DNA from: Asterias rubens
Taxonomy: Eukaryota
Length of the DNA: 64,000 nucleotides
Reading direction: 5' to 3'
Assembly (NCBI RefSeq): GCF_902459465.1
Contig: NC_047077.1
Span: 3,348,001-3,412,000 of the forward strand
Position numbers and translations under genes: made by a program. Each line of letters opens with the position of its first letter. Positions within the stretch are counted from its first letter, which is position 1. The notes under the pieces were generated by a model that saw only the letters and a list, made by a program, of their open reading frames with translations, searched no databases and was not told the origin of the DNA. Positions 13,201 to 25,200 of the stretch are shown here, one piece after another.

Positions 13201-16200
13201 CAACTGTTCATGACAACTGTTTGTCTTTCACTTAATTGATTTTTATATTAAATACAAACAACCTTACCTTGTAGACAAGCATAACAGTGATCTGTGGAGG
13301 AAAATAAACAAAGAGTCATTATAGGGAAGGTCTTTATTAATTAACAAACTGTATTAAGTACTTTTGGGAGATGAATTTATTTCAAACTGTGGCTTATTCT
13401 AAATGGCATCTTGGAAATACTGTTTTGCTCACTTGAAGCACTCACATATTCTTTTAAAAGTTGAGTCTTTTTTATAATAGGGAATAATCAGATGGTTTTG
13501 CCTCATGTGTCGAAGCCACGCGGTTCAGTGCATCGGACTCAATTTCTGGTTGATAAGTCATCAGGGTGTGGGTTTGAATCATTATAGTCATGACACTTGT
13601 GTTGTCTGTAAGCAATACAACTAACTATAATTGCTTCTCTCCACCCAGGGGTAAATGGGTACCTGTGAGGGCAAAGATGGTTCTTGTGGTTGGTTTAGCT
13701 TAGTGCGCTACATACATGTACTTGTTGCATAGCTTGTATACTCCCCAGGGAGCTGAGATGGTTTAAGGAATGACAAAAATGGCACATTGACCAGGGATAA
13801 TAATTGTCTAGCACATTAATAATTCTTAGGAATTGCGTGCGCTGTATAAAAGTTAATATTACTATTTTCAATATCAATATTCCTTACTTTGGTAGTGTTT
13901 AGCTTTGGCCATATACTCCCAAGGGAGCTGAGATAGGTTAAGGAATGAACAAATGTCAAATTGACCAGGGGTAATAATGTACGATGATCATTCTTTGGAA
14001 TTGCGCTATACAAGAGTCGATGTTAGTATTGTTAAATGCAAAAGAGTGAAAAGGCACTCTTTGAAGAGCCATATGACGGACAACTCTTTTTCGAGTGGTC
14101 TTCCACTCTTTTTGATTGAAGTTTGCACATTTTTGAGTGATTTTTCACTCTGTCCTGGAGTGAAACCCCTTTAAAAGAGTGAAATAACCACCACTCTTTT
14201 TAAAGAGCCATTTGAGGAACAACTCGAAATGTAAAGAGTAGGGTTTTTCACTCTCTTATACATTTAGAGAGTATAAATAATGATACTGCTTACTTTGGTA
14301 GTGTTTGGCTTTGTGATCGTTGTCACCATGGTGATGAACCATATCTAAGATCCATTGAGGTACTTTAGTTCAATGATTATTCTTTGGAATTGCGCTATGT
14401 AAGAGTCGATGTTAATATTATTATAATATTTATATTGCTTACTTTGGTAGTGTTTGGCTTTGTGATCGTTGTCACCATGGTGATGAACCATATCTAAGAT
14501 CCATTGAGGTACTTTAGTTGGTCTCTCTCTGGGAATGGTTGATTCATGAATTGGCTCTAAGGGCTCCGGTAGTTTCTCTACTGACATCAAGATATCATTC
14601 TGATCATCTAGCTTTACTTCATCCGCTGTGTAAGGAAGGTAAAGAGTTGCTTCAGCAGTCGGAGAAAATATATAACAAAACTCAGAGACAAAAATTATTT
14701 CAAAAGTCCCTTCAGTTAAAGGCAGTGGACACTATTGGTAATTACTCAAAATAATTATTAGCATAAAACCTTGTTTGGTAACAAGTAATGGGGAGCTGTT
14801 GATGGTATAAAACATTGTGAGAAACGGCTCCCTCTGAAGTGACGTAGTTTTCGAGAAAGAAGTAAATTTTAACGAATTTGATTTCGAGAACTTAATTTAG
14901 AGACCTTATTTAGATTGAGGTCTCGAAATCAAGCACCTGAAAGCACACAACTTCGTGTGGCAAGGTTTTTTTTCTTTCACTATATCTCGCAACTTCGAAT
15001 ACCAATTGAGCTCAAATTTTCACAGGTTTGTGATTTTATGCATATTATGTTGAGATACACCAAGTAAAAAGACTGGTCTTTGACAATTACCAATAGTGTC
15101 CAGTGTCTTTAAACGATCAATCGTAATATTTTTCCAACCCCTAATTGGTAAACACAAATGACACATATCTCAACGGAAGAGCTGGTGGTATAATTGCCAA
15201 GTTTAAGCAACTATTGCCTATAGCCTGTAGGATTTGTTTGTAGGATTTGAAACTTGTGAACACCATGTGAACATATCTTTTGGGTAAAGTTGGTTCCATT
15301 TTTGCCGACATCTTTTGAAAGTAACTGTTGTTAAAGTTAATCTCATATCCAGTGTTTAGTCTCATCCATCTAAACCATATGTTCTCATTTGGCAACCCTG
15401 TAACAAGTCAATGTGTTTTCAACTTGGAAATTGAATCTACATAGGTAACTTACATGAATGTATGAATGATGATGATGATACTTTGGTTTCCCTGGTAACC
15501 TCCTTTGGGGCAAAGGTGCTCATGCGAGGTTCCTTACTGAAGAAGGTAAAACCTCCTCCAATTCTTCTTGGCTTTGCATGATGAAAACTACAACAAATAA
15601 CAAAGTGTTAATGTTTATCAACTGGTGAATCCATCTCTCTTACAACAACGTGCTTGAGATCCAAAAATTTGTGTGGATCATTATATTCTACTTTTAAAAC
15701 ATCTTTTTAACCATATGCATTTTATAACAAACGGTTACCAACGTATTTCAAAGACAAATCGACCGATCCAAGGCAATGTGTTCCTTTAAGAAATCCACAA
15801 GAAACTTTTAAATAGTTTGATGCCTTGTGGCAGCAGAGTGAGCGGGTATGCCTCTAATCTGTAACGTGAGGGCATATGACTGCTAGGAAAGTATGTAAGA
15901 CTATAAAGGTCAACCCTTGTACTTAACAAGCTCTTCCTATTTCTTGTCAAGAGTCACATCATGTATGTGCATTAAAAATCACTCTGAGAATCTCATTTTT
16001 ATGATAATTTACAGCAATTTCTCAAGATTGCCATTTAAAAATTCATAGCAATGTGTTTGACAAAGCCAGCACACACATTGATTATTTTCAAGAGCAGATG
16101 TTTCTCTTTCAATAAGAAGGAGTTATTGAGTAACGAGTTTCTGTACAGGCCTTGGAGCAAGTAAAGCTTCATTCATGATCTGAACCAGTACAGTCTTGTA

Positions 16201-19200
16201 TAATCCACGGATTGAGATTGTTTACTGATTGCTAAAGGTTTGTCCTTGTTTTCGTGTCATGGCCGAGTGGTTTAGAGCATTAGGATGTGGGTTCGAATCC
16301 TGTTCATTACACTTGTGTGCTTGAGCAAGACACTTAACTATACATGCCTCTCTTCACTTGTGAGGGCAGAGATGGTTCTTGTGAATGCTTCAACTTGGTG
16401 CAAAACATGTTAGTTTTTTCTTGACTTGGCAGTAGTGCAGATAAAACATTTCTTGGTACCTGCCCAGCATTTACTCTTCAAGATTGGAATAAATCAGTCA
16501 TACTTGTTTCTTTTGATAATCACAAACAATTTTAATATCCATTAAATTGTTGCAGTAGGCCTACCTGCTGCTAAGATTCGAACTGCCTCTAGCTGCTGGG
16601 CAGTCTTGGTAAGACACTGCTCTAGAATTGCAAATGTCATGGGTTCGAGTCCTACCTGAGTGATATGTCTGTGATTTTGTTTTACACAGAACTCAGAAAA
16701 GTATTGAGTATACACTGCTATACACACATCGGTGTGTATAGGTGAAACCAAAATAAGTACAAATACACAAACAATTTGTTAACAATGTATAGTATTGTCT
16801 GAAATGTAATTTTTGGGGGCTTACTATTTAGTATCAATATTGAAGCAAAGGCTAAAGTTAAGATGAGAAAATCATTCACTTACTGGGGTGTTTTGCTTAA
16901 GGCGCAGCCAAAACACACACTCCGAGGTAAACTAACTATTGCACTACTCTCCTTGACCTGCTGACCTTCAGCACCTCCATCCCCATGACCTGTGACCTCA
17001 GCCTCTGACCCTGTCCCTTCATCCACATCAACAAAACCCCTAAGTCTAGCTGCATCCAGGTCACTACGGCAACTAGCACACAGAGCTGGGAGGACATAGG
17101 GCTTCTCACGGATTTCAGTCTCTGAGAATGCCTTGGGGTGGAGGGAGGCGGTACCCACAAAGGGGAGGTACATGGGACGTTGAATCACTTCCTCCTCGAT
17201 GGAGCGAAACTTCTGGCTTAGAAGGGTTGAGGGAAAACTTGATGACAGGTCGGTGAAAAGGTTCTGGTACAATCTGGTGGCATGAAATTGAGGGCAAGCA
17301 AAAGCAAAGTAAATAAGGTCGTGGGTTCGAATCCCACTCGAGTATATGTCTGTGTTTTTTTCACAGCACACAAAGGAATACCTTTAATATATATTATATT
17401 GTGACAAAATATGATTCAACTATATAAAATGTTAAAGGTTGTGGGTTCGAATCCAACCCCACAGGACTCAGGAGGAAAGCACTGAGTATATACAGTGCTA
17501 ACATACATCGGTGTAAGGGCAAAACCAATTACCAAACTATATTTATTATCCCCGATGCAGATTTAACATCTATTAAAATCTTGTTGACCAAACGGTGGAG
17601 TTTACTTCGTCTTAAACAAATAAAAAGTTGTATTGAATTTATTCACTCACGTATGTATAGGAAGCGGTGGTAAGAATGTGACCTTTGAATCAGCATCTAC
17701 GTTGTCCTGAAAAATGGAGAAAATTAACAAAAACATCTACAGTAAGTTTGTGAAACTGTCAGAAAATATAACTAAATTTAGAAACCTATCGTTGGTCCGA
17801 AGTTAGCACTTACACCAAAGAACAACTTGTTCTATTTGGTATCCCATCGTATGAGTTTTCATCCATGATTTAAAGCCATTGGACACTTTCTGAACAGAAC
17901 AAAAATTTAAAGTTCACAGATTTACAAATAACTTACAGGGTTTACAGAAGGTAATGGTGAAAGACTTCCCTTGAAATATTATTCCATGAAATGCTTTACT
18001 TTTTGAGAAAACATTAAAACAATTATCAATTCTCGATTTCGAGAATAACGGATTTATTTTAAACACATGTCATGACACGGCGAAACGTTTTCCCGTTATT
18101 TTCTCCCGACTCCGATGACCGATTGAGCCTAAATTTCCACATGTTTGTTATTGTATATATAAGTAAGTGATACACGAAGTGTGGGCCTTTGGACAATTCT
18201 GTTTACCGATGTTGTGCGATTGCTTTAACTAGATTGTTGCATAATATACTACGCTCATAGCATAATGTAAAGGGGGAAATCTCAATTAGATTGTAAATAT
18301 TAATTAGATTAGGGCCCAAATCAATGGACTTAAAAATAGGTTAGTTTATTGACACGTTTTATTTACAAATTAGTCTGGCACATTATACGGAGCAGAAAGG
18401 AACATGATGGGGGAAAAACACGCGCAGAGAAATAATTTGATTTCTTATAATTTGAGCGCTCAAATAGTTTCTTTTACTCCGTGCACGAAATGATTTCGAG
18501 CGCCCGGAAAACTTCATTGAGATTGCACAACATAATAGTTTGAGATTTTGAGACTTGGATTATGTCTGGTTCAGTTTGTGGCAAACTGTTGACTTCCAAT
18601 CGTCTTATAGTTTTACATGTTACAGAATACCAAAAGGGATTTGAGGCATTATTTGGTTTGCAGTCACACCATGTGTGTTTCTACTTGTCAGGTAATCTTG
18701 GTTTTTAGAGAACTGTCTTGCTGTATATTCTACTACCACGGAGTAGATTTTCGGATCTCGGGAGACTTCTCAGTTCTGAAAAGAACTGTCCTAATTTTTA
18801 ACTACTACCTTGGCGGAGGGTAGAAAATCGGCTGAGATCGACTACACTTTGGCTTTATATATAGATCGTTATTAACTTCACTACGTCGGAGTGAGTTTGG
18901 TCTCAACGTTTCGACTAGCTTGCTCGAGTCATCGTTAGGAGACTGACAGAATACCATTTTCTTAATTTAAAAGAAATCCAATAAAAAACGTAAGGAATAA
19001 TAACTCGGAGCTGTTTTTTTCTGGATTTCACCGGAACAAAAAAAGGAGGAAGAAATCAAGTGACCGGCAGAGAGGTTGCCGGAGTTTGTATTTGTTTTGA
19101 TAAGTTTGACTTAGGTCGTCTTTTGTTTGGTTGGTTTTCCTTCTCCGAGGACAGCAAAAACTAGGTTAGGTTTTGAGTTTTTGCCAACAAGCAACCATTG

Positions 19201-22200
19201 TCTGACTGAGTACTTGTAATTGTATTCACGATTCGTCGAGGATCATTGGTCAAGTGTTTGTATACTTTGCACCTTGTTAAAACATCATTTCGTGATCGCA
19301 TTTTATGTCTAATAGATTAACCCCAAGTCTGTGTCTAATTGAGGGTTTGATGATGTTGACCTATGCAACTCTAGTAATGAACTGGGTGTGTTAGTTAATG
19401 TTATCGGGAGTGGTGCGTACGGCCTTCTTTGATGTTACAAAGTGGATTCATTATGCACATATAATATGTTAGCACTTTGATCTTCAAAACACTTTGCACA
19501 TAAACCTTCCTATGTGGTGGTTAAAGGCAGTGGACACTATTGGTAATTACTCAAACTAATTATTATCATAAAACCTTACTTGGTAACGAGTAATGGGGAG
19601 AGGTTGATAGTATAAAACATTGTGAGAAACGGCTCCCTCTGAAGTAATGTAGTTTTCGAGAATGAAGTAATTATCCACGAATTTGATTTCGAGACCTCAG
19701 ATTTAGAATTTTGAGGTCTCGAAATCAAGCATCTGAAAGTAAATAACTTTGTGTGACAAGGGTGCTTTTTCTTTCATTATTATCTCGTAACTTCGACGAC
19801 CGATTGAGCTCAAATTTTCACAGGTTTGTTATTTTATCTATATGTTGAGATACACCAACTGTGAAGAGTAGTATTTGACAATTACCAATAGTGTCCACTG
19901 TCTTTAAAAAAAAGAACCGTTGGTTTAAATGAACATTACAGAATTTACGAAAAAACTCATCTAAAGATCACAGATTTATAAAAAACTATACTAGGTCTAA
20001 TAATGGCGATAGAAAACACCCCTTTATAGTTTCTGTCTGAAATGTCATACTTGATGAGAACAAAATAACACTAATTTCCCGTTTTAAGTACATCGCTCAG
20101 TGAGCGTTTTTTTTTTTTTTTTTTTTTTTAAATCGATGTCATGCAAAATGTGTAAAACAGTTTTCACTAGGCATTATACACCATGTATTTTAAACATAAA
20201 GTATAAGACGTGAACGTTTTATTATGGATGTATTATTTTATCCCTAAAAGGTCCAGAATTAAATTGGGGCGAGGGCTGGTTCCTCACCCAGATCAATTTG
20301 GCCGTTCCCCCACCCCCTCCCACCCCTAGTTACGCCACAGTGCCCCAATGGGAGACCATCACAGCTTAAGTCAACACCCCACACCTACCCCCATCCCGAA
20401 CCCCAAATCGTTAAATCAATGCTGGCAACTATTGATTTTAGATACATGTATTGTTTAACAATAAGACTGCATTGAGAACTCAATATTGACATAACGGTGG
20501 AACTTTATGAGTAAACAACACAATAACTGTTGAGTGTCCTTATATAACATACTGGAGAGAAGCCACATAAAATTGCAAGGACATTCTAACAAGAAAACAA
20601 TTCTGGAAATCATAAACATCAGGTCACAAAGATTGTTTAGCACTTTTAAAGTACTCATGGACAAGGGTTGATAATCGGTTTCTATCAGAACAGCTGTTTC
20701 AATTTGTTTCAGCCATTTCACTTATAGAGAACAAAACTTCAAAAAATAAGGAAACTATTTCTCAAAACTAATAAACTCTTCGGAGATATTAAATGTTTTC
20801 CCTAAACTGAATAAACCGTATTTTGACAACTTCTTGCAAACGTTTGATTGTTTTAATCAAATAACCTGTGCAAACTTCATCCAAAAGGTGGTAGCGTTTT
20901 TTAGGCTGGGGCGACGGTAAAACAAAATATACAAGTTTCCAGTTTTCCTTGGTCTATTGTGATGTGTGTATTGGTTTCCATAAAATGATGTGTTTCATCC
21001 CCCCTACGGCAACAACACGAAACACAGCAGCACTTTCTGAAATGTTGGAGTATTGAACCGCATTACATTGAAATCGATTTCTGATTGATTGATTCAACCC
21101 ATGGTAACAACTTTCTATCTCATAACAGGATCTGTTTTGAAAGTAACGGTAGCACCGATCGAAATGAGCAACCATTGCCATCTCAAACACAACAGGGGGC
21201 CAACATCATTATATTAAAAAGGTTTCACGATCAAAATGCATTATCTGTGTAAAACCTTCTTTCAGCATTTTGAGCTTTGTACTCGAATAACGGGTCTGTG
21301 TTGGTTTTTATACATTTTATTATTGATCCAGTTGAAGTTTGAGTGCATTTCGGCATATATTTTACTTTAATAATAATCCGGTACTTAAAAGAGCCATATA
21401 CCTACCTACGCTGGATTGGTTAGAGCCCATTGATTCGAAAATGTACACAAGTATTATGATTCTTTCTGAACCGAACAAGTCTGCTGACCAAGTCGATAAA
21501 ACAGCATTAAAATATTCCGATCCTCAATCCAGCAAAGTTTATTGCGATTGCCGTATTGCAAAAAATACAAAATCACGTTTTACAACGCAATTTCCCAAAC
21601 AAAACGTCATGAACTGTTTCCAGTGTTTTCGTGCACCGAGTAAATTATTGTTAATTATAGTGAGATCCTTACAGACAAAGAGAGATTTACTAATAAATCC
21701 AAAAACACATTAGGCCCTAAATACGTAATGTCATGTACTCATTGATAATGTTAAGTTCACAATTAAAGACTCTGTAACCATTGCCCTTGTTGATGCGGAA
21801 TCCAATGATGGAAAACACGCAATTAAATAGTAATTATCACCATCGAGTCGGAAAACTACAATCAAAGAGTGTAAATCAATTATTTACAATTTATGTCCAT
21901 TTTCTCGGTCTATATTTTAGTAGTTACAACCGTCTCAAGATGGTTTATAAATAGCCACAGGCTCTAATGATTATCTCATTGGCCAATACCGATAAGTGTT
22001 TGTGCTCAAAACAAGACAGAAGGTGTACGTCTTAATCCGCTCTAAGTGGATGTTCTACAAGAAGACTCAAATAAAACAACAAAAGCCCATTTCATACGAG
22101 AGCAATTTAGCAAGATCCCTTGCTAACGTGTAGCCTTTATAAAACTTTACCCGGTTTTGGATCATCTTTTTTTTCCGTTTCCCATGTTATAGGTGTCAAT

Positions 22201-25200
22201 GCTGGTTCTGAATTGTGGTTTTTTTTTAAAGAGAGACCAGACGCTATAGATCATCAGTTCTAGGCATATATTGTTGCTACGAACGAAGCAAACAAAGATG
22301 GGTTTAAAGGCAGTGGACACTATTAGTAATTGTCAAAGACTAAACTCCACAGTTGGTGTATCTCAACATTTGCATAAAATAACTAACCTGTGAAAATTTG
22401 AGCTCAATCGGTCATCAAAGTTGCGAGATAATAATGAAAGAAAAAACACCCTAGTCACACGAAGTTGTGCGCGTTTAGATGGTTGATTTCGAGACCTGAA
22501 GTTCTAAATCTGAGGTCTCGAAATCAAATTCGTGGAAAATTCTTTCTTTTTCGAAAACTATGGCACTTCAGAGGGAGCCGTTTCTCACAATGTTTTATAC
22601 CATCAACCTCTCCCCATAACTCGTCAACATAAAAGGTTTTATGATAATAATTATTTTGAGTAATTACCAATAGTGTCCACTGCCTTTAAACTAGCATTGG
22701 AAATGCACTCATCATGAAACCTGATAAATAATACGGACTTTCTTGGCAGTATTGTGACAACGGATAGCCTACTCTACAATGTTACAGCGACCGAATTTGA
22801 AAATTCGGACATTGCTCTTGAAAAACTACAGGTTTGAAATAATCTCAGGCTATACGCTACCGAAAAAGACATGAAATAAAATTTAAAAAATAGGTAAGAA
22901 ATAATGTTTTATGATCGTAACTTACGGCAATTGATGTGGGAAACACTGAGCGTCCACACACTTGCAAAGAATACATCGTAACTGCGGACAAATTCCTAAA
23001 TAAATCCAACGAGAACCGTCCCACGAGCGTGAATTAAACTTCCAAACCCGCGGGTAATGTGTCGATATTCACGGCTCGCTCTTTAGCCCATCTACGGTAC
23101 GCTACTCGCAAAGGGTGTACTGAAGTCACACCCACAATTCCTGTTCAGATTACGTGTGCTCTAACTGAACAACTTTACCAAACAATTAAAACGGATTTTG
23201 AATATACATTTATTTAAGCTAATGAGTGTCCGTATTTATTTTAAGAGTGCTTGGAAGCCACGGTGTAATGTTAAAAAGAACAATACTTTTCAAAAACACA
23301 TTTGACTTTCTTTGGTTTGTTCACGTTGTATCAGTTGTACAGTTTGTTTTGCCAAGCAGGTGTTATAATTGGATACATCGTATGGATGTCTAATCATAGA
23401 ACAAAGACCACTTTACTTCTATTTGAACCTCTATTAAAAAATATTTGACAAGCTTTCGACTTCAGAATGCTAGAAATGTAAGTTATTGACATACTGGATT
23501 TATTCTTCTGACTTGGATGGACAGTAAAACAAACTAATGTAGGCACACCTTGCTACAAGGCACAGGACACGTAATTGTCATAGACCAGTATTTTCACTTG
23601 GTGTTTTCCTAACATAAATTATGCATAAAATAACAAACCTGTGAAAATGTTGGCTTAATAATATGTCATCGAAGTTGTAACAGAACAATGAAAGAAAAAA
23701 CACCCTTGTTTGTTGCACTACTTTGTTTGTTTGCAGATTCCTTAATTAATAAAAGACTGGAGACCTGAAGTATTTTAATAATATTATTTGAGTGAGAAAT
23801 AACCTATAGTTTCTTTAAAATAAAAACCTTAATTCAGAGGGAGCCGTTTCTCGCAATGTTTAATACTATCAACAGCTCTCCATTGCTCGTACCAAGTTAG
23901 TTTTTTTATGCTAACAATTATTTTAAATAATTCAATAGTGTCCATATACGAATGCACCTTTTAAAATGAGCAGAAATATAGGCTACGTGACAAAGAATAA
24001 TTTGAAAGAGTAGAGGAAAGTGAATCGAATAGTAGATATCATTCCCACTGTAGACCTATTAGGCCTACGGTGACAAATTGTCATTAATTTTTCAAAGGCT
24101 TTCCGTGTTCCCGCATGAAATTTTGATGTGGCTTTTCAGAGACCAAACTAAATTGAGATTGTCGGCCTCTTACAAACACTATTTGTACTTTGAATTATTC
24201 ACAGAAAGGTTCGATCTGTTCATGTAATTAACATTCCTCGGAAGTCTTCTTCTCCCTATTGTGAAAAAAATGGTGGTTGAGTTTGGAGGAAAAATCACAT
24301 TGCAATCGCTATTTTTTAATTTTTTTATTTTACATTTATTTTGTCAGAACAAATTGTCCGAATCCTGCAGAACGTGGAACTCTTTACAATGCAAAAACTA
24401 TGGTGTTAAATTGACACCATGGGCGTTGTCACATATATACCGAAGAAAGAATCAAAAGTACCATCTTAGGATGTTAAAATAACACCCGCTCCTGCAAAAA
24501 TAATTCCATTTGTGTTATTATAACACCCTTTGATGTTAATTGTAATTCTCTCTTCGGAATCTGTATGTGACAATGTTCCACGTGTGCCACTCTAATCAGA
24601 CTTGTTTAATATTTTGAATCTTATGGATTTTTACCAACATTATTAGTTATCTATTGAAACACATAAGGTTCGTTTAGTACATCTAACCTATAAGAATAAA
24701 CTATAATTCTCTATTGATGGAGTGTTGGCTCTGAAAAGAGCCGGTTAGGTCTCGACGTTTCGAACAGTACACTCTGCTCGTCTTAAGGAGAACAAAATAT
24801 ATACTTTTGGGGTGATTCTGCGAGCGCACAAAATAGATTAGACTCTTGTGCCTGAAATTTGTCTCCACACATTAATTTGTTTATATTTTTAAATGTGGTC
24901 ACTTCCACATCTGATCTTTTCCCAGAACTTGCAACAATAAACATTTCTCTGTGGATGCGTTACGACAAATGCAAAGTCAGCATCTTCCAATTAATAAAAT
25001 AGAATTACTGACAATCTTAACGAGTAGGTTTTAGCTGTGTAGAGAAACCGTTATACCCCGGACCATTGTTCCCCTTAATCCTCTCTAGGCCACAGCGGTG
25101 ATATTGAGCGACTTGACGGCATGCAGCCAGGGTGTTCAAAGGCATGATATCGATTATCGATGCGATGGTTAGGGCGTCATCATAAAATAGCAACCAGTGT

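Noticed and set aside
18960-19440. Possible solo LTR ending in ...GATGTTACA
   Set aside because: No matching TG start, TSD or second copy could be identified.
21339-21713. 124-aa plus-strand ORF
   Set aside because: No motif, no convincing splice context, intron-like composition.
22735-22835. DFLGSIVTTDS resembling RTE-clade RT (YLGSI)
   Set aside because: The similarity is limited to a few residues and there is no flanking RT sequence.
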